64,000 bases of DNA from a virus: IMG/VR virus record IMGVR_UViG_3300008448_000014, positions 32,001 to 96,000 of that record; one strand, given 5' to 3'. Below are positions 29,914 through 39,917 of the stretch, in pieces; the stretch's first letter is position 1; each line of letters starts with the position of its first letter. Position numbers and translations under genes: made by a program. Under the pieces are notes generated by a model. It was not told where the DNA came from. It searched no databases and saw only the letters and a program-made list of their open reading frames with translations.

Positions 29914-31934
29914 TGAAATTACATAATATAGAATATAAAGATTGGTTTATTAATCAAGCAAGGATTCCTGATGAAACATCAGATGAATACAAAGCATTCT
30001 TTAATTTTCATAAAGAACTATGTATGAATGGTGCTATGATGGATGGACAATATATTAATCCATTTCTATATTGGCATTTAAACATATGGCATACAGAGGT
30101 GGATGTTATAGATGAATATGGACGTATTAATCAGAAATATGCCAACCCATTATTAAGAGATAATGAATGGCTTGTTACAAACGAAATAGATAGAGCACAT
30201 AAAGAAAAGAAAGGCCTAGTTATACTAGGTATTAGACGTTTTGCTAAAAGTGTTATTGAAGCTTCATATATAGGACAAGGAGCTACGTTTGATGAAAACT
30301 CACAGAATATTATTGCAGGACTGAATGCTCCTGATATTAAGCTGATTACAGATAAGATTGATAAGGGATTAAACTTCCTACCTAAAGCTTGGAGATGGCA
30401 AAGAGTTGAAGACAACTGGGCTAAACAAGTTACATTAGGGATTAAAACAAAAGCAGGAGAGAGAATACCTTTTTCTCAGATTCTTATAAGAAACTTAGAT
30501 GGTGGTAATAATGAAGAAGCTATTGCAGGATCAAAACCTAGAAGACTTATTATTGATGAGATAGGTAAAGGAAGCTTTCTTAGAGGACTTCAAGCTGCTA
30601 TACCAGGGTTTACAACACCATTTGGTTGGGGATGTTCTCCAATTCTAACAGGTACAGGTGGAGATATGAAGATGTTTATGGATGCAAAAAGTTTAATGTT
30701 TGACGTTGAAAACTTTAACTTCCTAGAATATAACAATGCTAAAGATGATAAGAGAGTTCATGGACTTTTTATATCACATAAATATAGAATGGAAGCCAAA
30801 GAGGAAAGTTCTCTTGGTGCATTTTTAGATAAACCAGCAGGTTCTTCTTTACATCAAGTGAAGATGATGGTGAGTAATGAAGAGAAAGCTACAGAAATCA
30901 CTAACTCTAATTTAGAAAAACTTAAGAAAGCTGGTGATAGAATGGCCTATCTTAAGGAGAAGATGTACTACCCACAAGAAGTGGATGATATATTTTTAAA
31001 TGAAGATACTAATATATTTGATATAGAAGCAGCTAAACGTCAGAAAGCTAGACTACTATATAATGAAAAGGTGGGAACATCTGTTGTGTTATTTGATGAT
31101 GGTAATGGTGTTAAACATGAAGTTTCACAAAAACTACCTATATCAAATTTTCCATTAAAGAATAGTGATTTAAAAGATGCTCCTGTAGTTATATATGAAT
31201 TTCCATTGCCTGATCCTCCATTTGGATTATATGTTGCAGGGATTGACCCTTATAGACAAGGTAAATCTGCATATTCAAGCTCCTTAGGATCTGTGTATAT
31301 ATACAAACGTATGCATAGTATATCAGGAGAAGATTATCAAGATATGTTTGTAGCTAGTTATTGTGCTAGACCAGACAAAAAAGAAACATGGGAAGAACAG
31401 GCAAGATATTTGATAAAGTATTATAATGCTAGAGCTCTCTGTGAAAATGATGAAATTTCTTTTATAGACTATATGATAGCTAAAGGAGATGCACATTATT
31501 TAGAAAAACAACCAGATTGGTTAAAAGAAATAGTTCCAAATACTACTGTTAGGCGTGATTATGGAATACATAGATCTTCTGAGAAAATTAGAGACTTCTT
31601 ACATGGAAGTTTAAAGAAGTATACAGAAGAAGTTATTAATAGAGAACTAGATGATAATGGTGATGTTAAATCTGAAACAAAAGGTATGTCTAAAATACTT
31701 GACCCTGTACTTTTGGAGGAGATGATACAATATAATGAATCAGGAAACTTTGATAGGATTATTGCTGCAGAATTAGCAATAGCGTTAGCTATGAAAATGG
31801 ATCCTATATATGGAAGAATAGAAGGAAAGAAAGATGTTAGACTAGAATCTATGTATTCTAAGAAAACAAAAAAGAAATTATTCTCTGAATCATCAGGGAT
31901 GTTTAATAATAACAAACGTAAATTGTTTACATAA
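29913..31934 (+). CDS. terL: Terminase large subunit
   Basis: GIRRFAKS Walker A variant, IIDEIG Walker B, GTGG, YVAGIDPY nuclease, GNFDRI. Confidence 0.92.
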   Translation: MKLHNIEYKDWFINQARIPDETSDEYKAFFNFHKELCMNGAMMDGQYINPFLYWHLNIWHTEVDVIDEYGRINQKYANPLLRDNEWLVTNEIDRAHKEKKGLVILGIRRFAKSVIEASYIGQGATFDENSQNIIAGLNAPDIKLITDKIDKGLNFLPKAWRWQRVEDNWAKQVTLGIKTKAGERIPFSQILIRNLDGGNNEEAIAGSKPRRLIIDEIGKGSFLRGLQAAIPGFTTPFGWGCSPILTGTGGDMKMFMDAKSLMFDVENFNFLEYNNAKDDKRVHGLFISHKYRMEAKEESSLGAFLDKPAGSSLHQVKMMVSNEEKATEITNSNLEKLKKAGDRMAYLKEKMYYPQEVDDIFLNEDTNIFDIEAAKRQKARLLYNEKVGTSVVLFDDGNGVKHEVSQKLPISNFPLKNSDLKDAPVVIYEFPLPDPPFGLYVAGIDPYRQGKSAYSSSLGSVYIYKRMHSISGEDYQDMFVASYCARPDKKETWEEQARYLIKYYNARALCENDEISFIDYMIAKGDAHYLEKQPDWLKEIVPNTTVRRDYGIHRSSEKIRDFLHGSLKKYTEEVINRELDDNGDVKSETKGMSKILDPVLLEEMIQYNESGNFDRIIAAELAIALAMKMDPIYGRIEGKKDVRLESMYSKKTKKKLFSESSGMFNNNKRKLFT

Positions 31935-34522
31935 TGGCAATAATTAGATATACAAAAGATGCAACTATAAGGTATGCATACTTAAACATTTTTCCTGATC
32001 AATTTAAGACTGAAAAAGAAAAAAAAGATGAGAGTTGGATAAAAAATACAATGGACTATTTTGCCAACAAAGCTTATGCTGAATATGTCAAAAATAGAGA
32101 CACATTTGTGAAGAACTATGACCTTGTAAAAGGTATATTACATCAAGAAGATTTTTATCAAGAACCTGATGTAAAAAGTTTTACAGATATATTAGAAGCA
32201 GATCTTGCACTTCCAGCTTATGTAAAACACTATTCTATTGTTACCACTCCTATTAATGAACTTATTGGTGAGATTAGTAAACGTCCTGATACTTACAGAG
32301 TTAAAGCATTTGATGATGATAGTCAAGCAGAAGAATTACAGTTTAAAACTGAAACTCTTCAAAATTATATTATGGCTCAAGCCAAACAAAAGATTATTGA
32401 AAAAATAACTTTGTCTGGACAAGAGATGCCAGAAGAAGAAGAATTACAACAAATGACAATGGAGCAAGTAAAAGAACAATTAGATTCTTATACATCTATT
32501 GCAGAGAAATGGGCTAACCATATTCTTACATGTCAAAAAGCTGAATTTAATCTTAAAGAAAAATCAGAAGATGCATTTAGAGACTTGTTAATTTCTGCGA
32601 GAGAATACTATCATATATATGAAGATAATTCAAAACTTGGTTTTAATATTGAAGTGGCTAATCCAAAGAACACTTGGTTTTTGTCTACACCTGATAGAAA
32701 ATACATATCAGATCCAACTGGTAGAGCTCAAGGAGCCTATGCTGCTGGTACTGTACAAGTTATGGAATTATCTGAGATTATTGAATCTATTCCAGATATT
32801 ACTAAGGAAGAGATTGACCACTTAAGAAGTTCATTGCAAGACTATGGACTGATTAATGTACGTGAATCTAATCTTGGAAATCCTAATGCTCCAGAAGGTA
32901 TAGACTCTGTAAATTATGATACATATGATCCATTAGTGTTACAAACAAGAATGATGATTGAGTCTGAGATGAAAGAGAACAATGATGGACTTAAAGATTT
33001 TTTAGGACTAACAAACAATGTTAGTAGCTTTGGGTATAAATATGTTGTTGTAAGAGCTTACTGGATAAGTAAAAAGAAAATTGGTAAGCTGATATATTTA
33101 GATGAATTAGGTAATGAGCAGTCTACACTTGTAGATGAAAATTACAAGTCTGGAACAATGCCTACACAACAATCATTAGAGTGGGGTTGGATTAACCAAT
33201 GGTATCAAGGAACAAAGATTGGTCCAGATATATATCACATTAAACCTTTTAACTTATTAAACTACTGTCCTATTATAGGAACAGTTCATGAAGTTAAAAA
33301 TACAGAAGCAAGAAGTCTTATAGATATTATGAAACCTTTCCAGGTTATATATAATGTTTGTATGAATCAATTATTTAAACTACTTGAAAAAGAAGTTGGT
33401 AAAGTACAACTTATGTCATTAAGACATATTCCTATTCCTAAAGATGGAGATGCACAAGATGCTCTTGATATATGGGAAATGGAAGCACGTAACAGAGGAG
33501 TTGTATTTATTGATGATTCTCCAGAGAATTTAAAATCTCCTAGTTCATTTAATCAATTTACATCTCTTGATCTTACAAGAACACAAGAAATACAATCAAG
33601 ATATACATTAGCACAACAAATTAAAGCTGAGTGTTGGGAGTTAATAGGTATGTCAAAACAACGTATGGGCTCTGTAGCAGCATCAGAAAGTGCTACAGGT
33701 GTAAATACTGCTGTACAACAAAGTTATTCCCAAACAGAGCCTCTATTTGTGGCACATGAATATGTAATGGGACAATTGTATCAAGCTATTATAGATGCTG
33801 CTCAATATATAGAAAGTGATAAACCACAAAGTACGCTATCATATATAACATCAGAAGGACTTTCTGCTTTTATACAAGTGAATGGTAATGATCTTAAGTT
33901 TAGAGATTTAAAAGTGTTTACAACTAATAGACCAGAAGACACTCAAATGTTTAATGAACTTAGACAGCTAGCTCAACCTTTAATGCAAAATGGTGGAAGC
34001 TTATATGATGTTATTGAATTGTATGGTACTAAGTCTATGAGAGAAATGAAGAAAGTGTTCAAAGATCTTAGAGACCAACAACAAGCTCAACAAGAGCAAG
34101 CAATGCAACAAAAACAACAACAACTTGATCAACAAAATGAACAAGCACAAGCTGCATTACAACAAGCTGCTCAAATGGCACAAGAACAACAAGCTAATGA
34201 AAATTATCAAAAAGAACTTGATAGACTTTCTAGAAAAGAAATTGCTATTATACAAGCTTCAGGATTTGGTAAAGTTGGTACAGAAGATGTTAATGAAAAC
34301 TCAGTTCCAGATATAATGGAAATGAATAAGCTATCCCTAGATCAAGACAAAGCTGCTAAAGACTACCAAACTAAAATGGCAGATATATCTTCTAAGAACA
34401 AACAGTTTGATACTAAAATGGCTATTGAACAAGAGAAGATAAAAGTAGCTAGAGAGAACATGCAAAATGATTTAGCAGTGGCTAAAGAAAATGCAAAAGG
34501 GCGAAATAACAAAAAATTGTAA
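31934..34522 (+). CDS. Portal protein
   Basis: 862 aa, directly after TerL; PINELIGE, SKQRMG...ESATGV; Gln-rich C-terminal coiled coil. Confidence 0.88.
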   Translation: MAIIRYTKDATIRYAYLNIFPDQFKTEKEKKDESWIKNTMDYFANKAYAEYVKNRDTFVKNYDLVKGILHQEDFYQEPDVKSFTDILEADLALPAYVKHYSIVTTPINELIGEISKRPDTYRVKAFDDDSQAEELQFKTETLQNYIMAQAKQKIIEKITLSGQEMPEEEELQQMTMEQVKEQLDSYTSIAEKWANHILTCQKAEFNLKEKSEDAFRDLLISAREYYHIYEDNSKLGFNIEVANPKNTWFLSTPDRKYISDPTGRAQGAYAAGTVQVMELSEIIESIPDITKEEIDHLRSSLQDYGLINVRESNLGNPNAPEGIDSVNYDTYDPLVLQTRMMIESEMKENNDGLKDFLGLTNNVSSFGYKYVVVRAYWISKKKIGKLIYLDELGNEQSTLVDENYKSGTMPTQQSLEWGWINQWYQGTKIGPDIYHIKPFNLLNYCPIIGTVHEVKNTEARSLIDIMKPFQVIYNVCMNQLFKLLEKEVGKVQLMSLRHIPIPKDGDAQDALDIWEMEARNRGVVFIDDSPENLKSPSSFNQFTSLDLTRTQEIQSRYTLAQQIKAECWELIGMSKQRMGSVAASESATGVNTAVQQSYSQTEPLFVAHEYVMGQLYQAIIDAAQYIESDKPQSTLSYITSEGLSAFIQVNGNDLKFRDLKVFTTNRPEDTQMFNELRQLAQPLMQNGGSLYDVIELYGTKSMREMKKVFKDLRDQQQAQQEQAMQQKQQQLDQQNEQAQAALQQAAQMAQEQQANENYQKELDRLSRKEIAIIQASGFGKVGTEDVNENSVPDIMEMNKLSLDQDKAAKDYQTKMADISSKNKQFDTKMAIEQEKIKVARENMQNDLAVAKENAKGRNNKKL

Positions 34523-34660
34523 TAAAATTTAAAGGAAAAACTAAGTTAATGCTATATTATGTTAAAAATCTTTAGCTAAAGTGAAATTTTTCTTTGAAAT
34601 TAGATATATACATTATATTTTTACACTAAATAAAACCAATTATTAAATACAAACTACATT

Positions 34661-35881
34661 ATGGCTGATAATACAGAATTGTCAATGGATAACTTTTCTA
34701 TTCAAGACACTATGGAAATGGGTATGGGTAATCAAGAATTGTTACAAGGTTTATTTGAACCTGAAACAGCATCTAGTAATCCTGAAGATGTTACACCTAT
34801 TATTAAAGAGGCAGAACCTGCTAAACCAGATGCTGTTCCTGAAAAACCTAAAGGTAAAACAATTACTCCTACTAATGAGGATGATGATGAAAAAACAAAA
34901 GCTCAATCTGCTATATCAAATTTTTTAGGAAATGATGATGAAGAAGAAGATGATGATGTTTCTCCACCTACAACTCCTACAACAGATGAAGAAGAGGGTG
35001 CTCCAGAAGGAACACAGTTTTCTGCTTTAGCAAATGATCTTTATAAACTTGGAGTTTTTAGTAAAAATGATGAGGATGAAGAAGAGATTTCTACACCAGA
35101 ACAATTTTTACAAAAGTTTGAATCTGAAAAGAAAAAAGGTGCTACTGAAATAGTAGAAAATTTTATTGGACAATTTGGTGAAGATTACCAAAATGCATTT
35201 GAAGCTATATTTGTAAAAGGGGCAGATCCTAAAGAATATTTTGGTGCTTACAATTCTATTGTAAATTTTGCTGAAATGGATTTAGCACAAGAGAGTAATC
35301 AAATTACAATCATGAAACAAGCATTAGCTGATCAAGGTTTTGATGCTGATGATATTAATTCAGAAATTGAAAGATTACAAAACTATGGAGATCTTGAAAC
35401 TGTTGCTACTAAACACCATAAAGTATTAGTTAAAAAAGAAGCAACTAAGTTAGAACAAATTGAACGCAAAGCTGAACAAGCTTTACAATATAAGACACAA
35501 GTTAGAAATCAGTATATATCTAATGTACAGTCTATATTACAAGACAAAATGAAAACTAAAGAGTTTGATGGTATTCCACTAAACCCTAAATTAGTAAATG
35601 AGTTACAAGATTTTCTTTTAGTAGATAAATGGAAAACTCCTTCAGGAGAAACATTATCAGATTTTGATAGAACTATACTGGATCTTAAAAAACCAGAGAA
35701 CCACGCTATGAAAGTTAAAGTGGGACTTCTTCTTAAGATTTTAGAAAAAGATCCAACATTATCAACCATTCAAAAAACTGGTATAACAAAAGGTACAGAT
35801 AAATTATTTGGTGAAGTTGTAAGACAAGTTACAAGAGAAAAACAAACAAACAAATCAAACCCTAGTTCTTGGTTTAAATAA
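34661..35881 (+). CDS. Capsid scaffolding-like protein
   Basis: Acidic disordered N-half and helical C-half; lies between the portal and major capsid genes. Confidence 0.65.
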   Translation: MADNTELSMDNFSIQDTMEMGMGNQELLQGLFEPETASSNPEDVTPIIKEAEPAKPDAVPEKPKGKTITPTNEDDDEKTKAQSAISNFLGNDDEEEDDDVSPPTTPTTDEEEGAPEGTQFSALANDLYKLGVFSKNDEDEEEISTPEQFLQKFESEKKKGATEIVENFIGQFGEDYQNAFEAIFVKGADPKEYFGAYNSIVNFAEMDLAQESNQITIMKQALADQGFDADDINSEIERLQNYGDLETVATKHHKVLVKKEATKLEQIERKAEQALQYKTQVRNQYISNVQSILQDKMKTKEFDGIPLNPKLVNELQDFLLVDKWKTPSGETLSDFDRTILDLKKPENHAMKVKVGLLLKILEKDPTLSTIQKTGITKGTDKLFGEVVRQVTREKQTNKSNPSSWFK

Positions 35882-35918
35882 ACATAAATACAATTATTAA
35901 ACATAAAAATTAAATAAC

Positions 35919-37475
35919 ATGAGTAGTATTCAAACTATCCCTGGATTAACAGGGTTTACCTACGCCAGAGTGGCTTCTATGGATAAGCGTGCTGTAGGTA
36001 AACTTACAGATTCCAATCACTTAGAGAGTTTTCACTCTACTGAGCCTGCTGACTATGACAAGAAAATCATCAGTTTGTACACACAAAGTTCATTATATAG
36101 TAATGACTTTTTAGACATGATTAACAAAAGCACACCTTATTACATTGATAATAATAGTGATGCTTGGAAATGGCAAATTGCTGTTCCTTACAAATTTCCA
36201 AAAATCATTGACATTCCTGCGTCAACACAAGCTTTACAAAAGCCAGGTATTGATGGACAAGAATTTCAATTAGTATTAGATACTAATGAATTTTCTAAAA
36301 ATGCAATTGTTTCTGTAGGTACACGTCAATATGGTCCACGTTTTTATGTAATTAAAGATCCACAACCATGGAACATGGGATTCTTATACACATTTACATT
36401 GGTAACTGACAATCCAACAGTTGATTTTGTAACTTCTACATTTTTACAAGTTGGTATTGAATTAGAATTGGTTGATGCTGCTATTGGTGAATTTGACCAA
36501 GATTTATTAGGGCTTCCTAGATTAGGGGAGCAAATCACTATGTTTGAATCATTAGGTTCAGGATATGGATATGAACACAAAATTACAGAATGGGCTGATG
36601 ACAAAATGATGAGAGATGCTTCTGGTAAGCCACTTGATATTTTAGTATATGCTCCACAAAGACGTAACCAATTACCTTTAACTCGTAATGATGTTAAATG
36701 GGAGCCATTTGTTGAATTCTGGATGCGTAAATCTATGTTAGAATTAAAAGTTAAACGTATGATCTGGGCTAAACCAGGTACAGTTAAAACTGGAGGTTCT
36801 CAACAAAATGTTAAACGTACTTCTGCAGGTGTATACCACAGAATGAGAAACAATGGAAACTTAGTTCAATATAACAGAGGTGAATTCTCTGCTAACTTAT
36901 TACGTTCAGTATTTGGAGATTTATTCTACAGAAGAGTGGATGTAAAAGACAGAGCAGTTAAAATGTACACTAATGAAGCTGGTTTTGACGTATTCCAACA
37001 AGCTTTGAAAAATGATGCATTAAACTCTGGTCTTACATTTATGGCAGATTCTGGTAACAGATACTTACAAGGTGAAGGACAACACATTACATATAACTTT
37101 GCATTTGATGCAATGGTTACACGTGAGACAGGTCGTATTGAATTAATTCACTTGAAAGAATTAGATTTACCACAAACTAACTTAGAGTTTGGACAAAACA
37201 AAAAATCTACTCCAGTATTTATGGTGTTTGATGTTTCTCCAATGTCTGATGGTTCAATGGTGAATAACATTAGAGAAGTACGTATGAAAGGTGCTCCTTC
37301 TATGACTTGGGGTTATATTGATGGTACAAGACACCACTTAGGTTTTGCTAAATCTCAAGGAATGTCTTCTGCTAACAAATTCCCAGGATACGAAATCTGG
37401 ATGAAAGACAGATGTGATGTATTCATTGAAGACTTATCAAGAACTGTTCTTATAGAAGAGATACCACAGTTTTAA
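35919..37475 (+). CDS. Major capsid protein
   Basis: 518 aa; crAss-like gene order; strongly biased, high-expression codon usage. Confidence 0.85.
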   Translation: MSSIQTIPGLTGFTYARVASMDKRAVGKLTDSNHLESFHSTEPADYDKKIISLYTQSSLYSNDFLDMINKSTPYYIDNNSDAWKWQIAVPYKFPKIIDIPASTQALQKPGIDGQEFQLVLDTNEFSKNAIVSVGTRQYGPRFYVIKDPQPWNMGFLYTFTLVTDNPTVDFVTSTFLQVGIELELVDAAIGEFDQDLLGLPRLGEQITMFESLGSGYGYEHKITEWADDKMMRDASGKPLDILVYAPQRRNQLPLTRNDVKWEPFVEFWMRKSMLELKVKRMIWAKPGTVKTGGSQQNVKRTSAGVYHRMRNNGNLVQYNRGEFSANLLRSVFGDLFYRRVDVKDRAVKMYTNEAGFDVFQQALKNDALNSGLTFMADSGNRYLQGEGQHITYNFAFDAMVTRETGRIELIHLKELDLPQTNLEFGQNKKSTPVFMVFDVSPMSDGSMVNNIREVRMKGAPSMTWGYIDGTRHHLGFAKSQGMSSANKFPGYEIWMKDRCDVFIEDLSRTVLIEEIPQF

Positions 37476-37480
37476 TATAA

Positions 37481-37640
37481 AAGATCAAAGGAACTTAGGA
37501 AGCATACCATAAGAACTGCTCCTAAGTCTTTTCTTCAGAGAAAGTTCTTTCTAATTCCTCTCCCTTCGTTAGAAAGAAACTACTCAACAGAGTGATGAAA
37601 CAGAAATGTAAGCATTAGTCATTTGATTGACACACTCTAC
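37481..37640 (+). ncRNA. Three-hairpin structured element in the 3' region of the major capsid gene
   Basis: acttagga/tcctaagt (37493-37527), ttctttctaa/ttagaaagaa (37545-37578), agagtg/cactct (~37589-37638). Confidence 0.5.
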
Positions 37641-37678
37641 AAATTATAAACCAATTTTTTAATTAAACTACATATATT

Positions 37679-38128
37679 ATGTCAAACAATTCTTCTAAGT
37701 ATAAAGAAGATATTATAAGATTAAGAAGTGAAGGTAAAAATTATCTTCAAATAGTAGAAATACTAAAATGTTCTAAGTCAATAGTATCCTATTATTCTAG
37801 TAATAAGCAACAGGAGAATGCAAGACTAGCTAGAAAAAAGACTCTTCCTGTTAAAAAAATTAACAGAAAAATAGGAGTTTTTAGAAATAGAAATTATGTA
37901 GATAATTTTTTAAAAGGTAAATCTTGTGTTGATTGTGGTAATACTGATACTAGAGTATTAGAATTTGATCACGTAAGAGGAATTAAAGAAGGACACATTT
38001 CACATGCTGTAAAAAATGCTTGGAGTATTGAAAGATTACAAAAAGAAATAGATAAATGTGAAATTAGATGTTGTAACTGTCATAGAATAGTTACTATTGA
38101 TAGACGTAATAAATGTAAATTAATATAA
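37679..38128 (+). CDS. HNH homing endonuclease with an N-terminal HTH
   Basis: IIRLRSEGKNYLQIVEILKCSKSIVSYY HTH; CVDCG..LEFDH...KCEIRCCNCHR. Confidence 0.85.
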   Translation: MSNNSSKYKEDIIRLRSEGKNYLQIVEILKCSKSIVSYYSSNKQQENARLARKKTLPVKKINRKIGVFRNRNYVDNFLKGKSCVDCGNTDTRVLEFDHVRGIKEGHISHAVKNAWSIERLQKEIDKCEIRCCNCHRIVTIDRRNKCKLI

Positions 38129-38164
38129 ACCAATGAGAAGAAATTCTCGCAAATAAACTAAATA

Positions 38165-39133
38165 ATGGGCAAGTTAGGCAAAATCTCTACAATCAAAAGA
38201 GAGTTTAATAGTTCACAATTGCAAACAATGCAAAGTGAGCTTTCAAGAAACAATATGACCAGAATTCCTGGTACAGGAGTGTTTAAATATCCTTATAAGG
38301 AGTTAGATGGTCAATATAGAACAGGATTAGATGCAAATGCTGCATACATTAAAAGAATTCAAGATCCAACTGAAAGAGAGTTAGAAATTGCTAGAGTTAC
38401 AGCATTGCGTGAAAAATTAGAATATGCTCTTGGAGATATTGATCTTGGACCACGTTCTAAGTTTTGGAATTATGGGTTATCAACATCTACAGATGATGTC
38501 ACTCACGTACAACCTTACAAATTACTTGATGGTGATAACTTTTTTGATTTATCTATTCCTTTTCAAGAATTATCATTTGCTTGGTTAAGAGTTCATCCAA
38601 CAATTGCAAGTTCATTTGGAGCTTGGGAAAGAGGAGAATATCCAGCAGATACACAATTTTATATTGTAGATGATGATATTGAAAATGAAATTGTATTTAA
38701 GAAAAAACAATTAATCAATAGAGCAATTGTTAAATTTGAGGATATGACTCCTGATAAGAAAAAGAAAATTGCAAGATTATTAGGATTACCAGTTACAGAA
38801 GACACTAAAGAAGAAGTTGTATATAACCAAGTGGATAACTTATTAAAACAAACAGAATTCAAAAGTGGTAAACATTCAGGATTAAATCCTATTGAAGTGT
38901 TTAATAGATTTGCTAACATGAAAGAAGACTTGCTACATATACAAGATTTAGTTAAACAAGCTATTTCACATTCTGTTTATAGAATTAAACCTGATGGTAG
39001 GGTTTATGAAGGTGAGTTTGAAATTGCAAAAGATGAACAAGACTTAGTTAAATTTTTAATTGATGATGATCATCAAGATGAACTAATTGTTTTGGAACAA
39101 AAATTAAAAGGTAAAAAACTAGCTGCTTTATAA
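38165..39133 (+). CDS. Conserved crAss-like morphogenesis-region protein
   Basis: 322 aa; position downstream of the major capsid gene. Confidence 0.6.
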   Translation: MGKLGKISTIKREFNSSQLQTMQSELSRNNMTRIPGTGVFKYPYKELDGQYRTGLDANAAYIKRIQDPTERELEIARVTALREKLEYALGDIDLGPRSKFWNYGLSTSTDDVTHVQPYKLLDGDNFFDLSIPFQELSFAWLRVHPTIASSFGAWERGEYPADTQFYIVDDDIENEIVFKKKQLINRAIVKFEDMTPDKKKKIARLLGLPVTEDTKEEVVYNQVDNLLKQTEFKSGKHSGLNPIEVFNRFANMKEDLLHIQDLVKQAISHSVYRIKPDGRVYEGEFEIAKDEQDLVKFLIDDDHQDELIVLEQKLKGKKLAAL

Positions 39134-39159
39134 GTGGCTAGTTTATAAAAATATAAAAT

Positions 39160-39891
39160 ATGATACCAGTAGATAGTTTATTATATAAAATTGATCAAAG
39201 ATTAAATAAGCTATCAACTAATGAGCATCAACAGATTCAGCTTGAAGATAAAATTTTAGCTCTTAATGAGGCTCAAATTAAGTTGATAAAGCAAAAGATT
39301 GATGGTATGAGTGTTGCTAATGGCATGGGAATGGACTCATTTAAAAAACGTTATGAAGATTTACAAAGTCTTGTATTAAATTATAACCATCAACCTTTAG
39401 AATTAGTATTAGAAGATGCTGATTTAAATCAATGGAGAGCTAATATACATCAACTTGAACCTAAATATATGTTCTATATAGATTCATATGTTTTAGCTGA
39501 TAAAGGAAAATGTAAAGATAGAAAGATTTGGATTAATAGAGATTTAGCAAAACATGGTGATTTACAGTTTATATTAAATAACAGTCATTACAAACCAAGT
39601 TTTGAATATCAAGAAACCTTTAATTTATTATCTTCTGATGAAATAAGTATATTTACAGATGGAACATTTACTCCTACAACTATAAATATAATGTACATGA
39701 GATATCCAGTGTACATTGATAAAACAGGGTATATAAAATTTGATGGTACACCTTCTACAGATGTAGATTGTGAACTTGAAACATATTTAGAAGATGAATT
39801 GTTAGATTTAACAGTACAAAACCTAGCTATGTATACAGAAAATCAAAGTGCTACACAAAGTGCAGCATACAGAATACAAACAAATGAATAA
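39160..39891 (+). CDS. Head-tail ring/adaptor protein
   Basis: LNEAQ.. N-terminus and YMRYP...DCELETYLEDELLDLTV C-terminus. Confidence 0.6.
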   Translation: MIPVDSLLYKIDQRLNKLSTNEHQQIQLEDKILALNEAQIKLIKQKIDGMSVANGMGMDSFKKRYEDLQSLVLNYNHQPLELVLEDADLNQWRANIHQLEPKYMFYIDSYVLADKGKCKDRKIWINRDLAKHGDLQFILNNSHYKPSFEYQETFNLLSSDEISIFTDGTFTPTTINIMYMRYPVYIDKTGYIKFDGTPSTDVDCELETYLEDELLDLTVQNLAMYTENQSATQSAAYRIQTNE

Positions 39892-39917
39892 GTAATTAAT
39901 AATTAAATCTAAATAAA

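Noticed and set aside
29913-37475. Inteins or introns in terminase, portal or major capsid genes
   Set aside because: The ORFs are continuous and of ordinary length, with no intein splice motifs or embedded nuclease domains.
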